From assembly GCA_934448295.1 (NCBI GenBank), contig CAKSEY010000004.1, forward strand, positions 71,003 through 135,002: DNA of 64,000 nucleotides, read 5' to 3'. Numbering within the stretch: the first letter of the stretch is position 1; every line of letters starts with the position of its first letter. Shown piece after piece: positions 28,043 through 37,072 of this stretch. The notes under the pieces are model-generated. The model was not told the origin of the DNA and made no database searches. It saw nothing but the letters and a program-made list of their open reading frames with translations. The translations under genes and the position numbers were made by a program. This DNA comes from an uncultured Oscillospiraceae bacterium. Lineage in GTDB: Bacteria; Bacillota; Clostridia; Oscillospirales; Ruminococcaceae.

Positions 28043-29782
28043 TCACTTCTGAAGATCGTACACGTCACGATAATAGCCGTTTTTCTGAATAAGCTCCTCG
28101 TGGGTTCCCTGCTCCAGAATACCGCCGTCCTTCAGCACGATGATCTTATCCGCATACTTGGCGGTGGAAATTCGCTGGGCGATGATTATTTTAGTGCAGG
28201 GGAAATCCAGGTTTGAGAGCGCGTTCTGAATGTGCTTCTCGGTTTCAAGGTCAACTGCGGAGGTCGTGTCGTCGAGGATAAGTATTGCGGGCTTCACCGC
28301 AAGCGCCCTTGCCAGGGAGATCCTCTGCTTCTGACCGCCGGAAAGTCCCACGCCGCGCTCGCCGACTATCGTATCATAGCCGTCTGACAGCCTGCGGACA
28401 AATCCGTCTGCGTCCGCTGCTTTCGCGTATTTCACCACATCCTCCTCCGGCATATCGGTGTCACCGAAGCAGATGTTTCCGTCAATGGTGTCGGAGTACA
28501 GCAGCACGTCCTGAGTCGCAAAGCCGATGTTGTGGCGGAGCTGTTTCAGCTTGAGGTGGGTCACATTTACGCCGTCAACCCGAACCTCGCCGCCGTTCGC
28601 GTCGTAGATCCTTGGGATAAGCTCCGCTAGCGTGGTCTTGCCGGAGCCGGTCTCGCCCATGATCACCACGGTCTGACCTGGCTCCACGGTAAAGCTGACG
28701 TCCCGGAGCACCTCGGTATTTCCGTAGGAGAAGCTGACGTGGTCAAACTCGACCTTTCCCTCGAAGCGGCCGGGCTTGTCCACTGCGTCGTTGCGGTCAA
28801 CGATCCGCGGGCTTCCGTAATAGATCTCGATTATCTTGTTCGCAGAAGCGGAAAAGCGCTGAAGGTCGTTGACGATATTTCCGAGAGTTCTCATGGGGTT
28901 GGAGAGCGTCCAGATAAGTCCCGAAAATGCCGCGTACTGACCCATGGTGATCCTGCCGGATACCACGAAAAGTCCGCCTGCAATTATCATAACCACGGAA
29001 AGCGACTGCGCGGTGGTTTCCAGGAACGGGAAGAATTTCAGCCACATGAAAGCCGCTTTCTTGTTTGCCGTGCTGTATTCCCGGCTGTATTTGTCGAACT
29101 GCTTTATCTCGTAGTCCTCCCGGGCGAAAGCCTTGACGACCCGGTTGCCGGAGATGTTCTCCTCGGCGGCGGTGTTCATCCTTGACAGCTTTTCGCGAAG
29201 GTCAACGTAAAGGGGGCCGACCTTTCGCTTGAACAGCCAGGTTATGAACAGTATCACGGGAGTCAGCGCGATCATGCACAGCGCCATCAGCCAGTCCATC
29301 GTGAAGAAGAAAATCAGCGAAGCCGAAAAGAGAACGATACACTCCACAATGGTCTTGATTATCCAGGCTATCGAGTGCCGAACCATGTCAAGGTCGGCGG
29401 AAACACGCGTCATAATATCGCCAGTGCGGTACACGTTATAAAATGACGCGTCCTGGTTCTCTATCTTGTCGAACAGCACCTTTCTCACGCGGTAGATCAG
29501 CGTCTGGGAGGTGTGCTCGTACATCATGTTGCTTCCGTACTGCATTCCGCAGCGCAGCAGTGTGAAGCCTATCATCGCCGCGAGCATCAGCAGGAGCAGG
29601 TCGGTGTGCTCCTGGAGATTCTGGAGCGCGTTTTCGTTTACAATGAACGTGTCTGTTATCTGCTGGGTAAAGTATGGCGTGATTATGTACATGGACTGAC
29701 ACAGCACCGTCAGGCACAGCGCAAGTATATAAATCGCGCGGCAGCCCTTCATGTTCTTCCACAGCCATCTGAAAAGAAACAT
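28043..29782 (-). CDS. ABC exporter, fused permease/ATPase subunit (heterodimer partner A)
   Basis: 6-TM domain plus NBD with Walker A GETGSGKTT, signature LSGGQKQR and Walker B ILILDDTTSAVD. Confidence 0.9.
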   Translation of the reverse strand: MFLFRWLWKNMKGCRAIYILALCLTVLCQSMYIITPYFTQQITDTFIVNENALQNLQEHTDLLLLMLAAMIGFTLLRCGMQYGSNMMYEHTSQTLIYRVRKVLFDKIENQDASFYNVYRTGDIMTRVSADLDMVRHSIAWIIKTIVECIVLFSASLIFFFTMDWLMALCMIALTPVILFITWLFKRKVGPLYVDLREKLSRMNTAAEENISGNRVVKAFAREDYEIKQFDKYSREYSTANKKAAFMWLKFFPFLETTAQSLSVVMIIAGGLFVVSGRITMGQYAAFSGLIWTLSNPMRTLGNIVNDLQRFSASANKIIEIYYGSPRIVDRNDAVDKPGRFEGKVEFDHVSFSYGNTEVLRDVSFTVEPGQTVVIMGETGSGKTTLAELIPRIYDANGGEVRVDGVNVTHLKLKQLRHNIGFATQDVLLYSDTIDGNICFGDTDMPEEDVVKYAKAADADGFVRRLSDGYDTIVGERGVGLSGGQKQRISLARALAVKPAILILDDTTSAVDLETEKHIQNALSNLDFPCTKIIIAQRISTAKYADKIIVLKDGGILEQGTHEELIQKNGYYRDVYDLQK

Positions 29783-29980
29783 ATTTATCTCCCCTTCCTT
29801 TTCGCCCGGATATGTGTGTATGGGCGGTTGAAAACGTTTACTGATAGTATATCAGAAATCCTGAAAAAGTAAATCGGCAAAAGCATAAAAAATCGGTATT
29901 TTTTTAGTTGTTTTTTCGGTATAATAAATAAACATGATAGATTTGTACGATTTTTATACGTTATTGTACAATTACGGAAA

Positions 29981-30018
29981 ACGCAAATAAAAATGCGCCG
30001 CTGGAAACCCAACGGCGC
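29981..30018 (-). terminator. Rho-independent terminator downstream of fba
   Basis: gcgccg-N12-cggcgc followed on the minus RNA by AUUUUUAUUUG. Confidence 0.55.
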
Positions 30019-30041
30019 AAAAAGAGAATCGAATCGGTAAA

Positions 30042-30905
30042 TTAAGCCTTGCCAACAGAACCGAACAGTTCCATCTTCTCCTTGACCTTAGCCTTGATAG
30101 CCTCGGTACCGGGAGCGAGGAGCTTTCTGGGGTCGAAGCCCTTGCCCTGGAGGTCCTTGCCCTCTTCGATGTACTTTCTTGTAGCTTCCTGGAATACGAG
30201 CTGGCACTCAGTGTTAACGTTGATCTTTGCAACGCCGAGAGAAATTGCCTTCTTGATCTGGTCGTCAGGAATGCCTGTGCCGCCGTGCAGAACGAGAGGC
30301 ATATCGCCAACCTCTGCCTTGATCTTAGCCAGTGTGTCGAAGGACAGGCCAGGCCAGTTAGCAGGATACTTGCCGTGAATGTTGCCGATACCAGCAGCCA
30401 GCATTGTAACGCCGAGGTCTGCTACCATCTTGCACTCCTTGGGATCTGCGCACTCGCCCATGCCGATAACGCCGTCCTCTTCGCCGCCGATGGAACCTAC
30501 CTCAGCCTCAAGGGAGATACCGAGAATATCGCAGGTGTTGACAAGAGCTGTTGTCTTTGCGATGTTCTCTTCGATCGGATAGTGAGAACCATCGAACATG
30601 ATGGAGGAGAAGCCAGCGTTGATGCAAGCCTTTGCGCCCTCGAAGGTGCCGTGGTCAAGGTGAAGCGCAACCGGAACTGTGATATGCAGATTCTCGATCA
30701 TGCCCTTTACCATGCCAACGATGGTGGAATAACCGCACATATACTTGCCTGCGCCCTCAGAAACACCGAGGATAACAGGGGACTTGCACTCCTCTGCGGT
30801 GAGAAGAACTGCCTTTGTCCACTCAAGGTTGTTGATGTTGAACTGACCAACAGCATACTTGCCGTCGCGAGCCTTGTTCAGCATTTCTTTTGCAGATACT
30901 AACAT
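30042..30905 (-). CDS. fba: Class II fructose-1,6-bisphosphate aldolase
   Basis: Start reassigned to ATG 30905 (AAGGAGA RBS). Class II FBA motifs: MLVSAKEML..., LHLDHG, HGGTG. Confidence 0.9.
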   Translation of the reverse strand: MLVSAKEMLNKARDGKYAVGQFNINNLEWTKAVLLTAEECKSPVILGVSEGAGKYMCGYSTIVGMVKGMIENLHITVPVALHLDHGTFEGAKACINAGFSSIMFDGSHYPIEENIAKTTALVNTCDILGISLEAEVGSIGGEEDGVIGMGECADPKECKMVADLGVTMLAAGIGNIHGKYPANWPGLSFDTLAKIKAEVGDMPLVLHGGTGIPDDQIKKAISLGVAKINVNTECQLVFQEATRKYIEEGKDLQGKGFDPRKLLAPGTEAIKAKVKEKMELFGSVGKA

Positions 30906-30954
30906 AGTTTTATATCTCCTTTGAAATAAAGTTGGATAAAAATCCATTCAATTT

Positions 30955-30983
30955 ATTATAACGCATTTTTCTGAAAAAAGCAA
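30955..30983 (-). promoter_or_regulatory. Sigma-A promoter for fba
   Basis: TTGCTT-17 nt-TATAAT on the minus strand. Confidence 0.5.
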
Positions 30984-31037
30984 TATATTTTTCAAAAAAA
31001 GTGTAATTTCCGATTCCACGTCTTCCACGGCGAAATG

Positions 31038-31763
31038 TCAGCCCTGGCTTACTTCCGTGGTATACCGGAAAATCTCGTCAGTGGACACATTTTCGAAGGA
31101 TTCAAAGCCCTCCTCACGGCGCATCTGATAGTAGCCGTCTATCAGCGGGATTATAATGCAGACAGCCGCCGTGATCACAGCCGCTATAATTACTACGATA
31201 AGCTTCTGCTCCTTTGTCCACTTATGCTGAGGTACCGCGTCCTGCTTTACCTCGAACTGGCGCGCCCTGCCGGAGCTCACGCTGTGGATAACGTACGCCT
31301 TGAGCTTGTCCTCGGCGGCGATTTTCGTGCAGATATCCTTGTAGCTCTTGTCAAGCGCGGATGTCAGCTCTCCGGGGAGCTCGTCCAGCACAGAGCGGAC
31401 GTACTTCGCGCTCTCGCCGGTTATTTTCGCGATATGCTCCGGCTCCAGGTCGTTCTCCCAGGTCATGTGGATAATTGAGCGCACGACAAAGGGCTTCCGG
31501 AGTATTTCCTCCAGAAGCTGCTGCTTTCTGCTGTCAAGCTCCACCCCGGTAAGGGTCACTGCGGATTCGTTTCCGTCCGCCTCCCTTGCCATAGGGTACG
31601 CTTTCAGAATAAGGCTGTAAAGCTCGGTGCTGTCGGGATATTCCCCGCAGGCGGACATCATCTTCACGAAAATTTCCTTTGCAGCGCCAAAATCCTTGGT
31701 GGAGATCAGCGCCAGCGCGAAGATGTCGTCCCCGAAATAATCAATAAGGTGCGTTATTTCCAT
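31038..31763 (-). CDS. Membrane-anchored protein with ECF-sigma-like sigma2/sigma4 regions fused to a C-terminal TM helix
   Basis: N-terminus IDYFGDDIFALALISTKDFGAAKEIFVKMM resembles sigma-70 region 2. LEPEHIAKITGESAKYVRSVLDEL resembles the region 4 HTH. A hydrophobic helix LIVVIIAAVITAAVCIIIPLI is followed by a ~45-aa tail. The ATG overlaps the hisE stop. Confidence 0.4.
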   Translation of the reverse strand: MEITHLIDYFGDDIFALALISTKDFGAAKEIFVKMMSACGEYPDSTELYSLILKAYPMAREADGNESAVTLTGVELDSRKQQLLEEILRKPFVVRSIIHMTWENDLEPEHIAKITGESAKYVRSVLDELPGELTSALDKSYKDICTKIAAEDKLKAYVIHSVSSGRARQFEVKQDAVPQHKWTKEQKLIVVIIAAVITAAVCIIIPLIDGYYQMRREEGFESFENVSTDEIFRYTTEVSQG

Positions 31764-31764
31764 A

Positions 31765-32091
31765 TCAGGTGTTGTGGTCGCTTACATGGAACTGCTTAAG
31801 ATTGCCGATCTTCTTGCTGCGCTCGACCATGATCTTCTCGATATCCTCCACGGTCACGCCGCGGTCAGCCATCATGACTATCATGTGATACAGCAGGTCG
31901 TTTATCTCGTTTGCAAGCTCGTCCTTGTCGTTGTTCTTGGCGGCAATGACCATCTCGGTGCACTCCTCGCCGCACTTTTTGAGTATCTTGTCGATCCCCT
32001 TGTCGAACAGGTAGCAGGTGTAGGAGCCCTCCTGCGGGTTTGCCCTGCGGTCTACCACTACGTCGTACATATCCTTGAATGCGTCCATCAT
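31765..32091 (-). CDS. hisE: Phosphoribosyl-ATP pyrophosphohydrolase
   Basis: HisE motifs EGSYTCYLFDKGIDKILKKCGEE and ADLLYHMIV. Confidence 0.85.
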   Translation of the reverse strand: MMDAFKDMYDVVVDRRANPQEGSYTCYLFDKGIDKILKKCGEECTEMVIAAKNNDKDELANEINDLLYHMIVMMADRGVTVEDIEKIMVERSKKIGNLKQFHVSDHNT

Positions 32092-32096
32092 GTTGA

Positions 32097-32720
32097 TTAC
32101 TCCTCGATTTTTAATACTTTTGTAAAGAAGCCGCGGAATCCCCCGCCGAAGCTGTCCTCAAGCTGAAAATCCTCCGGGGTCATATCGTAATAATACTTTT
32201 CCGTGCGAATATCCAGCGATATCCTGTCAAGCGGATATCCCTCGACCTTTTTGGGGTGCGGCTTGTCGGTGATCCAGAAGCTCCTGCCGGAAATATCCCC
32301 GCCCATATGCTCATAAATCTCGGTTTCAGACATTACAAGGCATATAGCGTTTAAATATCTGGCGGTAAGCCTGCCGTAGCTTTTTGCAAGTCCGGCGTAA
32401 TACTCCGTCATTTCATCATCGGTCAGCCGTTTTCCATTAACATTTCTTACATGAGTTCCAGGCTGCAGCTCGTCCGGGAGCTGCTCAATATACAGCCCGC
32501 TGTCGCAGGAAAACACCGGAACGCCGTAATGCCGGTAATAGGCTATTGCCTTGCTACGAGCGTTCTCCAGAGGCGACCTGCCGTTTTCATCTGCCGCCGG
32601 AGACTGCCCGGGCATATCCGATAAGCTCAGAAGCTGAATACCCGTCCCGGAAAGATGGTTCCTCATGGAATTCAGCTTTGCGGGATTCCCCGTGCCGTAT
32701 AAAAGAGTGATCTGCATCAC
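32097..32720 (-). CDS. Ham1/RdgB-like (Maf/Ham1 superfamily) putative non-canonical NTP pyrophosphatase, divergent
   Basis: 207 aa. Ham1-like landmarks [11 protein letters not shown] (TGNxxK), ENARSKA and CDSGL (cf. DDSGL). It sits between hisI and hisE, overlapping hisI by 4 nt. Confidence 0.4.
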   Translation of the reverse strand: MMQITLLYGTGNPAKLNSMRNHLSGTGIQLLSLSDMPGQSPAADENGRSPLENARSKAIAYYRHYGVPVFSCDSGLYIEQLPDELQPGTHVRNVNGKRLTDDEMTEYYAGLAKSYGRLTARYLNAICLVMSETEIYEHMGGDISGRSFWITDKPHPKKVEGYPLDRISLDIRTEKYYYDMTPEDFQLEDSFGGGFRGFFTKVLKIEE

Positions 32721-33031
32721 TTTATCCTGGTGAAGAAGCAGCTCCTGTGACCTGTATGACAGGCTGCCCCGGTCTGGATAACCTTTACCAGCAGCGTGTC
32801 GTCGTCGCAGTCGCTGTAAATCTCAACCACCTTCTGGAAATGCCCCGAGGTCGCGCCCTTGTTCCACAGCTCCTGGCGGGAACGGCTCCAGAACCAGGTA
32901 TAGCCTGTCTCCAGGGTCTTCTGGAGGCTTTCCTCGTTCATGTATGCAAGCATGAGCACCTCGCCGTTTTCAGCGTCGGTGACTATCGCCGGAATAAGCC
33001 CGGACTTCTTGAAATATTTCTTTACGTCCAT
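32717..33031 (-). CDS. hisI: Phosphoribosyl-AMP cyclohydrolase
   Basis: HisI motifs [17 protein letters not shown] and CHTGHRSCF. Confidence 0.9.
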   Translation of the reverse strand: MDVKKYFKKSGLIPAIVTDAENGEVLMLAYMNEESLQKTLETGYTWFWSRSRQELWNKGATSGHFQKVVEIYSDCDDDTLLVKVIQTGAACHTGHRSCFFTRIK

Positions 33032-33112
33032 ATAATTTCACTTTCTGTCGGCTGCTCTTCCGGCAGCGCTCACTATGAATAGTATAACACAAATTTCCGG
33101 AAAAAGCAAGGG

Positions 33113-33856
33113 TCAATCCCACCAGAAGCTCCACACGGAGGATTTTGTCAGCATATCCGCCAGAACCCCTATCATCTGCACGCCCTGATCGATAATATCC
33201 GGGCAGAATGCGTACTGCTCCAGCGCCAGCCCGACTGCCGCGCTTTTATCGCGCACCGGCTGAACCGCGAATTCAAGTATATCGTGTGAAACCGCCGCCG
33301 GAACTGCACCAAACTTCTGATACCAGTAGCGGCTTATCATGACGTGTTCCTCGGACAGAGGGCACTCGTTCCAGCCGCCGAACGGAAGCCACGCGAAAAC
33401 CTCCCAGGGCTTGTCTGTGGGTATTTTCGCGAGGATAACTTCTTTGGTTTTCTGGGTCAAAGTATCTACAAAACTGCATAGTCTGGTCGTCCTGATTCCA
33501 GAAATATCCGTATCTGCGGTTATCTCATTCCAGTATTCGCCGAATTCCTCTTTCATTTCCGTGAGCTTTTCCATGAACCATTCCGGCGCTTCCCCGGAGG
33601 CTTCGGAAAGGATTTCGGCTCTGAGCTGTTCGGCGGTTTCCCCGGGCTTTATCTTGCTTTTGATATCCTCGACCAGCATATCGTCTACGGCTATCAGCAG
33701 CGGAGTGGTCTTGTCCATTTCCATTCTGGCGAATGCTTCCTCATAGCTGGACTGAATTAGCTGCGCGGGCTTCCCTGCTGGAAAATACCTGCACTCGCAG
33801 CCCAGAAAATCCATTATGAATTTCGCGTTTTCAGACGGTTTTGTGAAAAGTCCCAT
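33113..33856 (-). CDS. Hypothetical cytoplasmic protein (Trp-rich; no family recognised), embedded in the his operon
   Basis: 247-aa ORF with good coding periodicity and 2-nt spacing from hisF. Trp/aromatic-rich C-terminus (WEVFAWLPFGGWNECP...WSFWWD). Confidence 0.5.
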   Translation of the reverse strand: MGLFTKPSENAKFIMDFLGCECRYFPAGKPAQLIQSSYEEAFARMEMDKTTPLLIAVDDMLVEDIKSKIKPGETAEQLRAEILSEASGEAPEWFMEKLTEMKEEFGEYWNEITADTDISGIRTTRLCSFVDTLTQKTKEVILAKIPTDKPWEVFAWLPFGGWNECPLSEEHVMISRYWYQKFGAVPAAVSHDILEFAVQPVRDKSAAVGLALEQYAFCPDIIDQGVQMIGVLADMLTKSSVWSFWWD

Positions 33857-33857
33857 G

Positions 33858-34628
33858 TCAGCCTCCAGCCCTGGTTCTTACAGGAATATTGCGCTCCTTC
33901 AGGTGCTCCTTTACCTCGTCGACGGTGAGCTCCTTAAAGTGGAAAAGCGAAGCCGCAAGCGCCGCCGAGCTTTTGGTTTTCTCGAACACCTCGGAGAAGT
34001 GTTCCAGCTTTCCACAGCCGCCGCTCGCGATCACCGGGATCTTCACGCGGTCGCAGACAAAATTCAGCATATCAATGTCGAAGCCGCCGCGCACTCCGTC
34101 CGTGTCGATGGAATTCAGGCATATCTCGCCGGCTCCGCGCTCTTCGATTTCCTTTACCCAGTCGCCGAGGTCGAGATTCATGTCAACCCTGCCGCCGTTG
34201 ATGAATACGCTGTAACCGCCCTTTCCGTCGCGCTTCGCGTCGATTCCGACAACAACGCACTGGCTGCCGAATATCTCCGCAGCGTCGCTGATGAGCTTCG
34301 GGTTCTTGACCGCCTGGGAATTAACGGAAACCTTGTCCGCGCCCGCTCTCAGCGTATCGCGGAAATCCTGCACGGAGCTTATTCCGCCGCCAACGCACAG
34401 CGGCACGAAAACCTGCTGCGCGGTGCGCTTCACAACGTCCAGCATAACTCCCCTGCCCTCGCAGGAGGCGGTTATGTCATAGAAAACCAGCTCGTCCGCG
34501 CCCTGGCGGTTGTACTCTATCGCAAGCTCCACCGGGTCGCCTACATCCCTGATTCCCTCGAAGTTCACGCCTTTTACTACCTTTCCGTTGCGCACGTCAA
34601 GGCACGGGATAATTCTCTTAGCAAGCAT
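33858..34628 (-). CDS. hisF: Imidazole glycerol phosphate synthase, cyclase subunit
   Basis: Start reassigned to ATG 34628 (AAGGAGA RBS). HisF N-terminus [20 protein letters not shown]. Confidence 0.95.
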   Translation of the reverse strand: MLAKRIIPCLDVRNGKVVKGVNFEGIRDVGDPVELAIEYNRQGADELVFYDITASCEGRGVMLDVVKRTAQQVFVPLCVGGGISSVQDFRDTLRAGADKVSVNSQAVKNPKLISDAAEIFGSQCVVVGIDAKRDGKGGYSVFINGGRVDMNLDLGDWVKEIEERGAGEICLNSIDTDGVRGGFDIDMLNFVCDRVKIPVIASGGCGKLEHFSEVFEKTKSSAALAASLFHFKELTVDEVKEHLKERNIPVRTRAGG

Positions 34629-34638
34629 ATTTTTCTCC

Positions 34639-35361
34639 TTACTCTGCCACGCGGACAGCCTGAGCCAGATCAAGGCTGCCGGAATAGATGGATTTACCGC
34701 AGATTGCGCCGTAAATTCCGTTCTTTTTCAGCGTCCTTATGTTGTTGATGGTCTTTATCCCGCCGCTCGCTATTACGTTTCCGCCAAGCGGCGCAAGCGT
34801 TCCCTGGAGTTTCTTTGTCTTGTAGTGATTCGGGCGGCTGAGCGTTCCGTCCTTGTCTATGTCTGTAAATATGAAGAACTGCACGCCCGCGCGGCACATT
34901 TCAACGCCGAGGTCTATGTAGTTCACGCCGCTGGTTTCAAGCCAGCCCTCGGTTGCGACAAAACCGTTTTTCGCGTCGATCCCAACGGCTATGCGCCCTC
35001 TGAATTCCTTGGCGGCGCGCTTTACGAACTCCGGATCCTTTACAGCCGCCGAGCCGATTATTACCCTGGAAATTCCGGCGTTCAGGTACATTTCTACCGT
35101 GTCAAGGCTGCGTATCCCGCCGCCAACCTCTACTTTCAGCTTCGTATTTTTCGCAACGTCAATGAAAATATCCTTGTTCTGCTGAGTAGCGTCCTTGGCG
35201 CCGTCAAGATCCACCATGTGCACCCACTCAGCGCCGGAGGCCTCAAAGCCCCGGGCGGTGTCCATGTAGCTGTCAGCCACTTTCTGCACGGTTCCGTAAT
35301 CGCCCTTGAACAGGCGCACGCAGTTTCCGTCCTTTATATCTATTGCCGGAAGAATTACCAT
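34639..35361 (-). CDS. hisA: ProFAR isomerase
   Basis: HisA N-terminus [17 protein letters not shown] and a (beta/alpha)8 pattern paralogous to HisF. Confidence 0.95.
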   Translation of the reverse strand: MVILPAIDIKDGNCVRLFKGDYGTVQKVADSYMDTARGFEASGAEWVHMVDLDGAKDATQQNKDIFIDVAKNTKLKVEVGGGIRSLDTVEMYLNAGISRVIIGSAAVKDPEFVKRAAKEFRGRIAVGIDAKNGFVATEGWLETSGVNYIDLGVEMCRAGVQFFIFTDIDKDGTLSRPNHYKTKKLQGTLAPLGGNVIASGGIKTINNIRTLKKNGIYGAICGKSIYSGSLDLAQAVRVAE

Positions 35362-35454
35362 TTTAGTTCTCCTTGTGGTTTGGAATTCGTAAAAGAAAAC
35401 TTTTACGCAATAAGATGAAAACGAATCACAAAATTAATGCCGCGTCCCAGAAAA

Positions 35455-36054
35455 TCAAAGCTCAGCAAAGCAGCGCAGGATATTCAGACCCGTTTCGCCG
35501 CTCTTTTCCGGGTGGAACTGCGCGCCGTAAACGTTGCCCTCGAACACGAGCGCCGGAACCTTCATTCCATAGTCGCAGTATGCCGCAACGTTGCTGCTGT
35601 CACACTCAGCCGCGTAGCTGTGAACGAAATAGACGTATTCCCCGTCGGCGCACCTGTCAAGGAGCCTGCACGGAACGTTCTTTTCAAGGGCGTTCCAGCC
35701 TATCTGCGGAACCGGGAGGTCTCCCGCCGGGTGCATGAGCTTCACGCTGCCCTTTATCAGACCAAGTCCGTCAGTCTCACCGAATTCGTAGCCCTTTTCG
35801 AAGAGCATCTGCATTCCCAGGCAGATACCCAGCAGCGGCTTTTTCCGGACTTCTTCCCTGATGACTTCAATAAGCCCGGTCTCGCCGAGCATTCTCATTG
35901 CGTCAGGAAACGCGCCGACCCCCGGGAGTATCAGCCTGTCTGCGCTTCTGAGGTTGTCGGCGCTGTTGGTTATTTTGTTTTCCAGCCCGAGGAAGTCCAG
36001 CGCGTTCTTCACGCTGAACAGGTTTCCCGCGCCGTAGTCGATTATTGCTATCAT
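35455..36054 (-). CDS. hisH: Imidazole glycerol phosphate synthase, glutaminase subunit
   Basis: Class I GATase motifs MIAIIDYGAGN, GICLGMQ and HPE. Confidence 0.95.
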   Translation of the reverse strand: MIAIIDYGAGNLFSVKNALDFLGLENKITNSADNLRSADRLILPGVGAFPDAMRMLGETGLIEVIREEVRKKPLLGICLGMQMLFEKGYEFGETDGLGLIKGSVKLMHPAGDLPVPQIGWNALEKNVPCRLLDRCADGEYVYFVHSYAAECDSSNVAAYCDYGMKVPALVFEGNVYGAQFHPEKSGETGLNILRCFAEL

Positions 36055-36485
36055 ATTGCAGTTCCTTTCGTTGTCAGGAATATCCTGTCGCGGTTCAGCT
36101 TTATATGCTCCATGATGTGCCCGATATTTCCCTCGCCGGCATACTTTTTCATGTCGAAGAAGTCGCAGTCAAGGCCGCTCCAGAAAAGCGGGTTTTCCTC
36201 TCCCTGAACCTCTATTGACTGAACAAGCTGACCTGCGTAGACCTCCACATAGCACGGGTCGAGCGGGTAGCTGAAATCCATTAGATGTATGAGCTTTATA
36301 TCCCTGTCCGAAATCCCAGTTTCCTCAAATAATTCGCGGTAAGCCGCGTGTTCGCCGCTCTCGCACGGCTCGATTTTGCCGCCGACAAAGTTTATAAGCC
36401 CCTTGTACGGCTCCTTTATCCGGCGGCACATGAGCATTTTCTCTCCGTCTGGCGAAAATACGGCAATGAGATTATATCCCTGCAT
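36051..36485 (-). CDS. NUDIX hydrolase
   Basis: Perfect Nudix box GKIEPCESGEHAAYRELFEETGI (Gx5Ex7REUxEExGU). Overlaps hisH by 4 nt and abuts hisB. Confidence 0.8.
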   Translation of the reverse strand: MQGYNLIAVFSPDGEKMLMCRRIKEPYKGLINFVGGKIEPCESGEHAAYRELFEETGISDRDIKLIHLMDFSYPLDPCYVEVYAGQLVQSIEVQGEENPLFWSGLDCDFFDMKKYAGEGNIGHIMEHIKLNRDRIFLTTKGTAI

Positions 36486-37069
36486 TACAGTACGCCCTTG
36501 GTGGATACCACAGAGCCGTCCGTATTGCGCTTCACTGCGGTTTTGAGCGCATAGGCTAGCGCCTTGAACAGCGCCTCTATCTTGTGGTGGTCGTTGCTTC
36601 CGTACTCGCAGCGGAGGTGCAGCGTTATCCCTGCGTTGAACGCAAAGGAGCGCATGAATTCCTCCGTCAGACAGGTGTCGAACTCCCCTACCCGCTCATT
36701 TGTGAACTGCGCATTGAAAACCAGAAAAGGTCTTGCGCTGATGTCAAGGGCGCAGAATGCAAGGGATTCGTCCATCGGAACAAACGCGCTGCCGAAGCGC
36801 ATTATGCCGGACTTGTCCCCTAGCGCTTCCTTAAAAGCCATTCCGAGGACTATCCCGACGTCCTCGGCGGTGTGGTGCCCGTCAACGTAAAGGTCTCCCT
36901 TTGCGCTGACTTCAAGGCTGAACCCGCCGTGAACCGCAAGCGCGGTCAGCATATGGTCGAGAAAGCCGATCCCGGTGGAGATATCCGCATGAGCGCCGCC
37001 GTCCAAATCCAGCTTTACGCTTATGTCCGTTTCTTTTGTTTTTCTGGTTATTTCAGCGGTTCTGTTCAT
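36485..37069 (-). CDS. hisB: Imidazoleglycerol-phosphate dehydratase (monofunctional)
   Basis: IGPD motifs [12 protein letters not shown] and [10 protein letters not shown]. 194 aa with no N-terminal HAD phosphatase domain. Confidence 0.95.
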   Translation of the reverse strand: MNRTAEITRKTKETDISVKLDLDGGAHADISTGIGFLDHMLTALAVHGGFSLEVSAKGDLYVDGHHTAEDVGIVLGMAFKEALGDKSGIMRFGSAFVPMDESLAFCALDISARPFLVFNAQFTNERVGEFDTCLTEEFMRSFAFNAGITLHLRCEYGSNDHHKIEALFKALAYALKTAVKRNTDGSVVSTKGVL

Positions 37070-37072
37070 TTT

